This document shows, one piece after another, positions 50,604-58,964 of a DNA stretch of 64,000 bases. The position numbers and the translations under genes are program-made. The number at the start of each line of letters is the position of its first letter. Position 1 is the first letter of the stretch. The DNA is taken from positions 66,967-130,966 of the forward strand of contig JAPLXL010000005.1 of the NCBI GenBank assembly GCA_026396115.1, given 5' to 3'. Below the pieces are notes generated by a model, which did not search any database, was not told where the DNA came from, and saw nothing but the letters and a program-made list of their open reading frames with translations. Source of the DNA: Candidatus Nealsonbacteria bacterium (GTDB taxonomy: Bacteria > Patescibacteriota > Minisyncoccia > Minisyncoccales > RBG-13-42-11).

Positions 50604-51650
50604 TCACTTCAGTATTGCGCCTATAAAATCCAAGTGACCTCTTATAAAATCTTCGGCTATCATTTCTTTTTTACCTTCCATTTGTAATTTTTCAATAAGC
50701 AAAAAATCTTTTTTACACTGGATGCCAATTTCATTTTGAGGAACGACTAATACCTTACCAATAGGGTATTTAATTTTATCCGGTGACTTAAAAACCCTGG
50801 CTTTTAAAACTTTAATTTTTATTAATTTGCCTTTATTTTCCCAAATTATATAACTGCCCGGCCAAGGATAAAAAGTCCTAATTTCTCTTTCTAATAGTTC
50901 TACCGGTTTTTTCCAATCTATTTTTCCGTCTTTTTTGAATAAAATTTTCGTGAAAGTTACCTGAGCATCATCTTGTTCTTTAGGTTTTATCAGCCCTTTA
51001 ACCCATTTGGGAATAGTTTCTAATAGTAGGTAAGCGCCCAATTGAGCTAATTTATTATGAAGGGTCTCTGCGGTTTCTTGTTCTTTAATTTCTAAGCTTT
51101 TTTGAGAGATGATCGGACCATGATCAATTTTTTCATCCATTAAAATTATTGTCACCCCGGATTTTTTTTCGCCATTTAAAATAGTAAATTGAATTGGTGA
51201 AGGTCCGCGATATTTTGGCAATAATGAAGGATGAATGTTCAAAAAACCAAATTTGGGAATATCTAATATATCTTTCGGGATTATCTGACCATAGGCTGCC
51301 AGAATTCCTAAATCTGGTTTTAAATTTTTAATTTTTAATTTTAAATGGGCGAAGAAGGCTTGCCTTCTTCTTCCCCCTTCGCTATCGCTCGGGAGAGCGA
51401 AGACGGCTTTGCCGTCTTCTTTCGCCTCGCTCCGCTGCCGCGGAACTCGGCTTTCAATTCTTTCTGGCTGTTCAACCGGAATACCATATTTCCGGGCAAC
51501 CACTTTGACCGGTGGGGGAGTTAAAATTTGTTTCCTGCCTACGGGTTTATCGGGCGAGCTAATAACCAAAACGGGCGGGTAGCCGCCTTTGATTAATTCT
51601 TCCAAGATAATAGCGCCAAACTCCGGCGTTCCTATAAAAATTATTTTCAT
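50604..51650 (-). CDS. fmt: methionyl-tRNA formyltransferase with ~37-aa insertion
   Basis: MKIIFIGTPEFG, NIHPSLLPKYRGPSPIQ. ATG at 51650 (ATGA overlap with the upstream gene). The ESRVPRQRSEAKEDGKAVFALPSDSEGGRRRQAFFAH segment is absent from the Fmt sequences I know. Confidence 0.9.
   Translation of the reverse strand: MKIIFIGTPEFGAIILEELIKGGYPPVLVISSPDKPVGRKQILTPPPVKVVARKYGIPVEQPERIESRVPRQRSEAKEDGKAVFALPSDSEGGRRRQAFFAHLKLKIKNLKPDLGILAAYGQIIPKDILDIPKFGFLNIHPSLLPKYRGPSPIQFTILNGEKKSGVTIILMDEKIDHGPIISQKSLEIKEQETAETLHNKLAQLGAYLLLETIPKWVKGLIKPKEQDDAQVTFTKILFKKDGKIDWKKPVELLEREIRTFYPWPGSYIIWENKGKLIKIKVLKARVFKSPDKIKYPIGKVLVVPQNEIGIQCKKDFLLIEKLQMEGKKEMIAEDFIRGHLDFIGAILK
51347..51395 (-). repeat. E element copy a inside fmt CDS
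   Basis: GGGCGAAGAAGGCttgCCTTCTTCTTCCCCCTTCGCTATCGCTCGGGAG. Confidence 0.65.
51397..51450 (-). repeat. E element copy b inside fmt CDS (tandem with copy a)
   Basis: GCGAAGACGGCtttGCCGTCTTCTTTCGCCTCGCTCCGCTGCCGCGGAACTCGG. Confidence 0.6.
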
Positions 51651-52324
51651 TTGACTATTCTCCATTCTATTTCTTCTTTCTTGCCAGCGAATTCAAGCCA
51701 ATTTCCGCCCTCATCAATAACATACCATTTTCTTTTGGTTTCTGACCAGACCATTAGATTACCCAGAAAATAAGGTTTTTTAACAATTTCTTTTGGTTTT
51801 AATTTGTCCAACTCCAGCCATTTTTTAAATACGGTTTCAATGGCATAATCCAAACCGCGGGAATTTGCCCATTCAGCCACTTTATCAATAGCTTTTTTGG
51901 CTCTTTCAACAGAACCGGCTAATTCCACCAACTCTTTTGCCGGCCGAGTGAATCTCGAATAAACTATCTTTCTTTTTTTGGCATTTCTTTTAAGTTCCGT
52001 CAAAGATACTCCTTTCGTTTCAAAATAATGCGTTATCACCTGTTGGATAGCTGTTTCTTTTTTTAATTCCTCAAAATACTTAATTTTACCTTTATCTAAA
52101 TATTCTTTAACTTTTTCTGATATACTTTTACCAATACCCGAAATTTCTTTAATGCCCGCAAGACCTTTTTCTTTATAAAGCAGAGAAACATCTTTATCTA
52201 AGTTTTCCAAAGATTGCGCCGCTTTCCGGTAGGCGGACGGCTTAAAGATTATCCCTTTTATTTCAAGAAGTTCCGCAATTTCATAAAATATCTTTGCAAT
52301 TTTTTTATTATTCATATTTTTCAA
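51647..52324 (-). CDS. helix-hairpin-helix protein (PolX N-terminal-like) with unknown C-terminal domain
   Basis: IAKIFYEIAELLEIKGIIFKPSAYRKAAQSLENL...IKEISGIGKSISEKVKEYL resembles the 8-kDa/HhH part of family X polymerases. No polymerase core. Confidence 0.5.
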   Translation of the reverse strand: MKNMNNKKIAKIFYEIAELLEIKGIIFKPSAYRKAAQSLENLDKDVSLLYKEKGLAGIKEISGIGKSISEKVKEYLDKGKIKYFEELKKETAIQQVITHYFETKGVSLTELKRNAKKRKIVYSRFTRPAKELVELAGSVERAKKAIDKVAEWANSRGLDYAIETVFKKWLELDKLKPKEIVKKPYFLGNLMVWSETKRKWYVIDEGGNWLEFAGKKEEIEWRIVK

Positions 52325-52868
52325 CTGTAAATTTATAAATTATAATTTTTTCTTTTCCGGGATTAATTCCTCCTTTCTGACAAGCAATGGAAATTTGTTG
52401 TTCTATGGTATCAACTTCTTCTAAATCCGGCAGCAAAAGCCCTGATTTAAAGGGAACTCGGTCGTCAAACACCACATCCTCATCGGGATAGGCAAAAGGG
52501 GCTGTTTTTACAATTATACCAAATTTTTTAGGATTCAAGGTTTCCATATCTTTGACTGGTTCGGGATAACTTAAAACATAAACTGTATAAGAAAGGTAGG
52601 GGAGTTCTTCTTCTTTAATTGGCGAAAAACGATAATCTTCAGTAGCGGCAGCCACTGCATTATGAATGATTTCCTCGGCTATATTTATTTTGGTCGGCAA
52701 ATAAGTCCCAATACAGCCCTTCAACTTACCATCTTTTTCAATAGTAACAAAGGTTCCGGATTTTCTCCCGAGAAACTCTTCCGGTAAATCTTTTGGTACT
52801 TCAATAATTTTTCCATCTTTTATGTAATTTTCCACCGCCTTTTTGGCAAGTAAAACGTAAGGGTTCAT
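52308..52868 (-). CDS. AMMECR1 domain protein (AmmeMemoRadiSam system protein A-like)
   Basis: 186 aa. SGTFVTIEKDGKLKGCIGT, DYRFSPI. Confidence 0.8.
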   Translation of the reverse strand: MNPYVLLAKKAVENYIKDGKIIEVPKDLPEEFLGRKSGTFVTIEKDGKLKGCIGTYLPTKINIAEEIIHNAVAAATEDYRFSPIKEEELPYLSYTVYVLSYPEPVKDMETLNPKKFGIIVKTAPFAYPDEDVVFDDRVPFKSGLLLPDLEEVDTIEQQISIACQKGGINPGKEKIIIYKFTVEKYE

Positions 52869-52874
52869 AAAATT

Positions 52875-53249
52875 TTACAATCTATTTTTTTTCAAGTCTT
52901 CGTTAATTTGTATTATCTGTTGTTTAATTCTTTCGGCTTCGTTTTCTACTGTTTCGCCTTCATATTCGCCGGCGTGAGCCGGAGCGCCTTTGTAAATTGG
53001 CCGTTTTTGATCCAAGTGCAAATTAAAAATTAAATTTTCATTTTCCCGAGCGTCAGCGAAGGGGGAAGAAGAAAGTTTACTTTCTTCGCCCTCAATTTTC
53101 AAATAAATATGAAATCTCGGATAACCTTTTGGAGGCCGAGTAAAGATGAACTCTTTCTTTTCTTTATCTTCTTTCTGGAAATGATATCCAATTTTTCTCA
53201 TCAAGCTATAAAGATTTTCGTTAAAAGGCCCCTTTAAGCCAAATTTCAT
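52875..53249 (-). CDS. hypothetical protein carrying an E element
   Basis: 124 aa. No recognisable motif. The EGEESKLSSSPFADARE segment is encoded by the repeat. Confidence 0.45.
   Translation of the reverse strand: MKFGLKGPFNENLYSLMRKIGYHFQKEDKEKKEFIFTRPPKGYPRFHIYLKIEGEESKLSSSPFADARENENLIFNLHLDQKRPIYKGAPAHAGEYEGETVENEAERIKQQIIQINEDLKKNRL
53045..53091 (+). repeat. E element copy inside hypothetical CDS
   Basis: CCCGAGCGTCAGCGAAGGGGGAAGAAGAAAGtttaCTTTCTTCGCCC. Confidence 0.6.
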
Positions 53250-53290
53250 ATTATTTTAATTTCTACTAATTTTGGTTCTCTGTCCATTAA

Positions 53291-54655
53291 TTAAAGAACT
53301 GGTAAATATTCTTTTATTTCATAGGGGCTGACTTCCTTTTCATATCTTTTGCCAACTGATTTTTTATATCTTTGCCATTCAATTTCTTTATTTTGAATTA
53401 TTTTTTGAAATATATGAGGAGTCAATGTCTCTTTTATCAATTTGCTCTTTTTAAAAAGATTTAGTGCTTCATTTAAATTTTTTGATAGGGTTTTAATTTT
53501 CTTTTTTTTCATTTCAGTTTTTGTCATTTCATAAATATCTTTTTCCTCGGGTGGAGAAATTTTTAAATTTTCCTTTATTCCTTGAATTCCAGCTGCTTGA
53601 ATTGTGGCCAAAACCAAATAAATATTGCAGGCGGGATCAGACGATCTAAATTCAATTCTGGTGGCAACTTCGGCTTTGGCTAAATGGGCTTCCGGAACTC
53701 TAATGTAAGCTGATCTATTTTTTCTTCCCCAGGCCAAATAAACTGGAGCTTCATAGCCTGGAATCAATCTTTTATAAGAATTTATCCATTGGTTTGGAAT
53801 TAATTGAATTTCTTTCCCGTATTTAATCAAACCCATTAAATATTTTTTTGCTAAATCAGAAAGGGAATCTTTTTTATTTCTAAAAAATAAATTTTTATTC
53901 CCATACCATAATGACAAATGCAAATGCATACCAGAACCATTAACATAAGTAACTGGTTTTGGCATAAAAGAGGCAAAAAGCCCCAATTTTTGGGAAACTC
54001 TTTTTATGACATATTTTGCCAAAATTATTGAATCAGCAATGGTCAGGGCATCCCCATATTGAAGATCAATTTCATGTTGACTAGGAGCAACCTCGTGGTG
54101 ATCACATTCACAGAAAATACCCATTTCTTTTAAATAAAATTGGCTTACCTTTCTAATTTCTCCCCATTTTCCACCATAAAAATAACCACCGTGATCTAAC
54201 AAAATGGGCTCTTTTTCACTTCCAAAAATAAAAAATTCTAATTCTGGACCGGTAAGAAGTCTCCCAAATTTTTTATTTTTCTCTAAAGTTTTCTTTAGAA
54301 TATAGCGAGAATCTCCGGCAAAGTGTTCTCCTTTGGGATTAAAGATGTCGCCAAATACTACTGCCTCTTTCCAAATCACTCCTTGAACATCATAATCCCA
54401 GGGCAAAACTCTAAAAGTCTCTGGATCAGGAACAATAATTAAATCCGATTCCTCAATTCTGGCAAATCCCTCGACTGAACTCCCATCAAAGCCTTTTCCT
54501 ATTCCAAAAGCTGATTTCATTTCTTCCGAAGGAATGGTAAAACTCATTCCTCTCCCCAAAACATCGGAGAAAATTATCCTGACAAATCTAACCAATTTAT
54601 TTTTCTTTAAAAAATCCAAAACCTCTTTTTCACTTTTAAAATTAAAATTTTTCAT
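53291..54655 (-). CDS. glnA: glutamine synthetase (type I)
   Basis: 454 aa. FDGSSVEGFARIEESDLIIVPD, GPELEFFIF, HHEVAPSQHEIDL, NGSGMHLHLSL, RIEFRSSDPACN. Confidence 0.9.
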   Translation of the reverse strand: MKNFNFKSEKEVLDFLKKNKLVRFVRIIFSDVLGRGMSFTIPSEEMKSAFGIGKGFDGSSVEGFARIEESDLIIVPDPETFRVLPWDYDVQGVIWKEAVVFGDIFNPKGEHFAGDSRYILKKTLEKNKKFGRLLTGPELEFFIFGSEKEPILLDHGGYFYGGKWGEIRKVSQFYLKEMGIFCECDHHEVAPSQHEIDLQYGDALTIADSIILAKYVIKRVSQKLGLFASFMPKPVTYVNGSGMHLHLSLWYGNKNLFFRNKKDSLSDLAKKYLMGLIKYGKEIQLIPNQWINSYKRLIPGYEAPVYLAWGRKNRSAYIRVPEAHLAKAEVATRIEFRSSDPACNIYLVLATIQAAGIQGIKENLKISPPEEKDIYEMTKTEMKKKKIKTLSKNLNEALNLFKKSKLIKETLTPHIFQKIIQNKEIEWQRYKKSVGKRYEKEVSPYEIKEYLPVL

Positions 54656-54659
54656 ATTT

Positions 54660-55280
54660 TTACTTTAGTTTAAAGTTTACCACTAAATAGCCGACGCCAA
54701 AGGGACCTTCATAAGATAAAATTTCGGGTTTATAATTTATTCCCGATTCTTCAAGAATCCCTAAAAGAAAACAAAAAGATCGCAAACCGCATTCGCCGGC
54801 CTCAAGATATTTATTATCTAATTTCAAAATGTTTTCGACGTCTTTATTTTTTAAAGATTCGATTAATTCTTTATCAAATTTTGGACCCTCAAGATGAAAG
54901 CCATAGGGACCGTCTTCTTTTAAACAATGCGACAGATCGCCGGAAGCAATAACAGCAATTTTGGATTTTTGATTTTGGATTTTGGATTTATAAACTTTTT
55001 TCCCATCTTCAAAATAAAATTTTGGCTCTTCTAGCCCCATTAAATAAGTTTTTATTTCTCCCTTAAATCCTTGTGCAAGAAAGTGCAAGGGAACGTTAAA
55101 ACCCCAATCGGGATGAGGAGCAGAAATGATGATTGAATCCGGATTTGATTCTTTTAATTTATTACCCAAACTATTTAAACTTTCAATAGTTTTCTTTACT
55201 TGTTTTCTGTCTTTTTCAGAACCAACTGAAGGTAAAATTATTGGCGGGTGTGGGGATATACAAGCAAAAATAATTGGCAT
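54660..55280 (-). CDS. class III extradiol dioxygenase subunit B-like (LigB/Memo superfamily) protein
   Basis: 206 aa. ACISPHPPIILP, IIISAPH, ASGDLSH. Sits next to the radical SAM partner, so it may be the Memo-like member of the triad. Confidence 0.5.
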   Translation of the reverse strand: MPIIFACISPHPPIILPSVGSEKDRKQVKKTIESLNSLGNKLKESNPDSIIISAPHPDWGFNVPLHFLAQGFKGEIKTYLMGLEEPKFYFEDGKKVYKSKIQNQKSKIAVIASGDLSHCLKEDGPYGFHLEGPKFDKELIESLKNKDVENILKLDNKYLEAGECGLRSFCFLLGILEESGINYKPEILSYEGPFGVGYLVVNFKLK

Positions 55281-55299
55281 ATTATTTTAAGGCGATGAG

Positions 55300-56343
55300 C
55301 TAAAGCTCATCTTGACGCTTCGCTAATGCTTGCGTTATTAAATTTAAATTTTCTCCGCATTTTGAGCATTTGCCTTGTTTATCATAGCGGGAAATAACAT
55401 AACCCGTTCTATCAATTACCAAGGCATTACATTTCGGGCAGAAAGTGTCTTCTGAAGGAAGACCGGGAACGTTCCCAGTATAGACGTATTTTAAACCTGT
55501 TTCTTTTCCAATTCTATAAGCCATTTCCAGAGTCTCAACCGAGGTCTCCGGTAAGTGCTGTAATTTCCAAGAAATGGCTCCGGAAAACTGGCTGATATGC
55601 CAGGGAGTTTCAGTCCCCAATTCTTCCTTAATAAATTTAGCAATATCTCTAAACATTTCTTTCGAATCTGAAAGAGTAGGAATTACTAAAGTTGTTATTT
55701 CCGTCCAAACTCCGTATTTTTTCATTAATTTGGCGGTATCTAAAACCGGTCTAAGCCGCGCTCCGCAAACCTTTTTATAAAATTCTTCGGAAAAACTTTT
55801 TATATCGATATTAATGGCATCGAGATAGGGGATTACTAATTTGGCTGATTCTTTTGACATAAATCCATTGGAAACAAAATTATTCTTTAAACCTGCTTTT
55901 TTGGCTAACTTCATTGTGTCCAGGGCATACTCCAAAAAGATAACTGGTTCCGTGTAAGTGTAAGAAATGCTCGGTAATTTATTTTTTAAAGCAATTTTAA
56001 CAATCTCTTTTGGCGATAAATCCTCGCCCGGAATTTCTTTTGTCACTTTGAAACCTTGAGAAATGTCACTGTTTTGGCAGTTAGCGCATTTCAAATTGCA
56101 ACCAACCGTAGCAATTGATAATGAATAAGTTCCCGGTAAAAAATGGAAAAACGGCTTTTTTTCGATTGGGTCAATATGTATAGCAACAGTTTTGCCATAA
56201 ACTAATGAATAAAGTTTACCATCAATGTTTTCTCTCACGCCACAAATTCCACGTTTACCCGGCGAAATAACGCAGTAATGAGCACAATTTAAACACTGAA
56301 TTTTCTTATCTTTTAATTTTTTGTATAAATAAGCCTCTTTCAT
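55300..56343 (-). CDS. AmmeMemoRadiSam-system radical SAM enzyme (PflA-like)
   Basis: N-terminal CLNCAHYC, core GCNLKCANCQN, C-terminal CPKC...CSKCG. Confidence 0.8.
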   Translation of the reverse strand: MKEAYLYKKLKDKKIQCLNCAHYCVISPGKRGICGVRENIDGKLYSLVYGKTVAIHIDPIEKKPFFHFLPGTYSLSIATVGCNLKCANCQNSDISQGFKVTKEIPGEDLSPKEIVKIALKNKLPSISYTYTEPVIFLEYALDTMKLAKKAGLKNNFVSNGFMSKESAKLVIPYLDAINIDIKSFSEEFYKKVCGARLRPVLDTAKLMKKYGVWTEITTLVIPTLSDSKEMFRDIAKFIKEELGTETPWHISQFSGAISWKLQHLPETSVETLEMAYRIGKETGLKYVYTGNVPGLPSEDTFCPKCNALVIDRTGYVISRYDKQGKCSKCGENLNLITQALAKRQDEL

Positions 56344-56384
56344 GATTCTTTAATTGTAGACCTTTTTATGATAAAATTCAATCG

Positions 56385-56954
56385 ATGAGACACAGAGTAT
56401 TTGTTGCCATAAATTTACCAGAAAATATAAAAAATAAGCTGGCTGAATACCAAGAAAAAATGCCCGATCTGCCGGTTAGATGGACAAAAAAGGAGAATTT
56501 ACATATCACCTTGATGTTTTTAGGCTATTTAATTGATGAAGAACTTTTTGAAGTCTGTAATATTACAAAAGAAATAGCTTCAAAAAATCAATCTTTTTCT
56601 ATAAATTTAAAAAAGATTATTTATGGCCCCCCCAAGAAAATTCCGCCCCGGCTGGTCTGGGTAGAAGGCGAAAAGTCAGAAGAATTGGGAAAATTACAAA
56701 AAGATTTAGAAAATTCTTTTTTGACTTCGCCGGTTAAAGGGTTGGAATCGGAGAGCCGACCTTATACTTCTCATATTAGCTTAGGAAGAATTAAAACCTG
56801 GGAGTTCAAACAGATTGAGCCCGAAGAAAGACCGGAAATTAACGAAGACATTAATTCAAGTTTTGAAGTGAATTCGATTGAAGTAATGGAAAGTCAATTA
56901 AAAAGAACTGGTCCCTATTATACAATTTTAGAATCATGCCCGCTCAAAAGTTAA
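56385..56954 (+). CDS. thpR: RNA 2',3'-cyclic phosphodiesterase (2H family, LigT/ThpR)
   Basis: Two HxT/S motifs: LHITLMFLG and SHISLGR. Confidence 0.8.
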   Translation: MRHRVFVAINLPENIKNKLAEYQEKMPDLPVRWTKKENLHITLMFLGYLIDEELFEVCNITKEIASKNQSFSINLKKIIYGPPKKIPPRLVWVEGEKSEELGKLQKDLENSFLTSPVKGLESESRPYTSHISLGRIKTWEFKQIEPEERPEINEDINSSFEVNSIEVMESQLKRTGPYYTILESCPLKS

Positions 56955-58294
56955 AAATACACTTTATTGGTATTGGCGGAATTGGGGTTTCCGCCTTAGC
57001 TCAGTATTATCTATCCAAAGGCCATAAAGTCAGCGGCTCGGATTTAGTTTCTTCCGAAATCACCGAAGCCCTAAAAGAAAAAGGAGTTAAGCTCTTTATT
57101 GGCAGGCATAAAGCTGAAAATTTACCAAAAAGAGTAGATATGGTAATTTACAGTCCGGCCGTATCAACAGATAACCCCGAATTAAAAGAAGCTAAAAAAA
57201 AAGAAACTAAATATTTAAGTTATCCTGAAGCTCTTGGAGAATTAACCAAGAAATATTTTACAATTGCGGTTTCCGGCACTCATGGAAAAAGTACGACCAC
57301 GGCGATGATTGGACTTTTATTGGTTAAGGCCGGTTTGGATCCAACGGTAATTATTGGAACAAAACTAAAAGAATTCGGTGACACTAACTGCCGGGTAGGG
57401 AAGTCAAGGTATTTAGTCATTGAAGCTGATGAATATATGGCTTCTTTTTTAAACTATTGGCCTAAAATTATCGTTTTGCCTTCAATTGAAAAAGACCATC
57501 TTGATTATTATAAAAATCTAAATAATATTCTTAAATCATTCAAAGAATATATTTTCCATCTGCCGAAAGACGGGACTTTGGTCAAAAATAATGACGACAA
57601 AAATATCAGAAAAATAATATACACAGGTAACACCTGTGTCTATTCGCTGAAACAGCCAGAAGCTAAAAAATTAAAGAAAATTTTAAAAATACCGGGAGAA
57701 CATAACATTTCTAATGCTTTGGCAGCTTTAACTGTTGCCAGAATTTTAAAAATTCCGGATAGAATTTCTTTCAAAGCCCTGTCGGAATATAAGGGTTCCT
57801 GGCGGCGTTTCGAAGAAAAAAAGATAAAAATAAGGCGCAACGAGAACAGTTCTCGTTGCGTTAATTTAATATCGGATTACGGACATCATCCTACTGAAAT
57901 AAAGGTAACCCTTAAAGCGGCGCGGGAAAAATATCCAGAAAAGAAAATCTGGTGCGTTTACCAGCCCCACCAATATCAAAGAACATATTATTTATTTGCT
58001 GATTTTGTAAAAGCTTTCAAACAAGCCCTTAGACCAACTCAAGGCAAACCCCAGATGGACAAAATAATAATCACAGATATTTATGACGTGGCTGGCAGGG
58101 AAGAGAAAAATATAAAAAAGAAGGTTAGTTCACAAAAATTGGTAAAAGCGGTTAAAAAAAACAAGGTAATTTATCTGCCGAAAGAGAAAATATTAGATTA
58201 TCTTAAAAAAAACCTGTCTAATTTTGATATTTTAATAATTATGGGGGCCGGAGACATTTATACCATTGCTAACTACTTGACAGAAAAACACTAA
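56936..58294 (+). CDS. murC: UDP-N-acetylmuramate--L-alanine ligase
   Basis: IHFIGIGGIGVSALA, VSGTHGKSTTTAM, DYGHHPTEI. Confidence 0.9.
   Translation: MPAQKLKIHFIGIGGIGVSALAQYYLSKGHKVSGSDLVSSEITEALKEKGVKLFIGRHKAENLPKRVDMVIYSPAVSTDNPELKEAKKKETKYLSYPEALGELTKKYFTIAVSGTHGKSTTTAMIGLLLVKAGLDPTVIIGTKLKEFGDTNCRVGKSRYLVIEADEYMASFLNYWPKIIVLPSIEKDHLDYYKNLNNILKSFKEYIFHLPKDGTLVKNNDDKNIRKIIYTGNTCVYSLKQPEAKKLKKILKIPGEHNISNALAALTVARILKIPDRISFKALSEYKGSWRRFEEKKIKIRRNENSSRCVNLISDYGHHPTEIKVTLKAAREKYPEKKIWCVYQPHQYQRTYYLFADFVKAFKQALRPTQGKPQMDKIIITDIYDVAGREEKNIKKKVSSQKLVKAVKKNKVIYLPKEKILDYLKKNLSNFDILIIMGAGDIYTIANYLTEKH
57836..57860. repeat. 12-bp perfect inverted repeat inside murC
   Basis: CGCAACGAGAAC-a-GTTCTCGTTGCG encodes RNENSSRC. 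It resembles the second hairpin of the E element. Confidence 0.5.
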
Positions 58295-58338
58295 TAAAAG
58301 AAAATGGAAGTAGAACTCCGATCAAGGTCGAATCATTT

Positions 58339-58391
58339 ACCGAGCTTCCGAAGGAAGCGAAGGTGAAGAAGAGGATGAAGTCCTCTTCGAC
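58339..58391 (+). repeat. E element copy, intergenic (near-consensus)
   Basis: ACCGAGCTTCCgaaGGAAGCGAAGGTGAAGAAGAGGAtgaagTCCTCTTCGAC. Confidence 0.7.
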
Positions 58392-58425
58392 TTAAATTTT
58401 TCATTTTTAACTTTTAATTTTTAAT

Positions 58426-58566
58426 ATGACGACATTATTTTGGATAATTGTGGCAATTCTGGCGATTGGAATTATCTGGTATGCAACGACAAAAAATAAA
58501 AAGGGAAAATCGTTGCCAAAAAAACCAGAAGGACCAACACCACCACCCGAAACACCGACAATGTAA
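58426..58566 (+). CDS. small hydrophobic peptide (46 aa), hypothetical
   Basis: MTTLFWIIVAILAIGIIWYATTKNKKGKSLPKKPEGPTPPPETPTM. Below the track cutoff. No clear RBS. Confidence 0.3.
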   Translation: MTTLFWIIVAILAIGIIWYATTKNKKGKSLPKKPEGPTPPPETPTM

Positions 58567-58672
58567 ACTAAGACCCGGGTGACAATGAAGGGAAAATAAA
58601 AGAAAATAAAATTAGAAAAACAAAGGTCGGAAAGAAGATTGAAAAAAGATTGTTAATCAATAAACTTTGCTT

Positions 58673-58747
58673 ATGACGTGGCTTTATATAATTTTGGCCG
58701 TGGTGGTTATCGGAGTAGTAATTTATCTGGTAACCAAAAAAAAGTAG
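58673..58747 (+). CDS. small hydrophobic peptide (24 aa), hypothetical
   Basis: MTWLYIILAVVVIGVVIYLVTKKK, followed by a terminator. Confidence 0.25.
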   Translation: MTWLYIILAVVVIGVVIYLVTKKK

Positions 58748-58772
58748 GAAACAGGAATGTAGTACCAAAAAT

Positions 58773-58802
58773 CCCGCTGCGTTTGGCACGGCGGGTTTTT
58801 TG
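58773..58802 (+). terminator. rho-independent terminator
   Basis: CCCGCTG-cgtttggca-CGGCGGG + TTTTTT. Confidence 0.6.
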
Positions 58803-58896
58803 GGAATCAATTAATAATCTCTTAACTAAAAAACCATCTCTTCAGGGCATGGTTTTTTATTGGAGAATATAGTATAATAAAAAATAACCTCGCACA

Positions 58897-58941
58897 CCCG
58901 AATCGCAATGAAGGGCGAAGAAGAGATTTATCTCTTCGACC
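58897..58941 (+). repeat. E element copy (partial) just upstream of aspS
   Basis: CCCGAATCGCAATGAAGGGCGAAGAAGAGAtttaTCTCTTCGACC. It creates the spurious N-terminal extension MKGEEEIYLFDHW in the track ORF. Confidence 0.55.
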
Positions 58942-58964
58942 ACTGGGACACAAGCAATAAAATT

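Noticed and set aside
58908-58964. The N-terminal extension of aspS from ATG 58908
   Set aside because: The extension (MKGEEEIYLFDHWDTSNKI) is encoded by an E element copy. AspRS homology starts at MQRVLNIETIK (ATG 58965).
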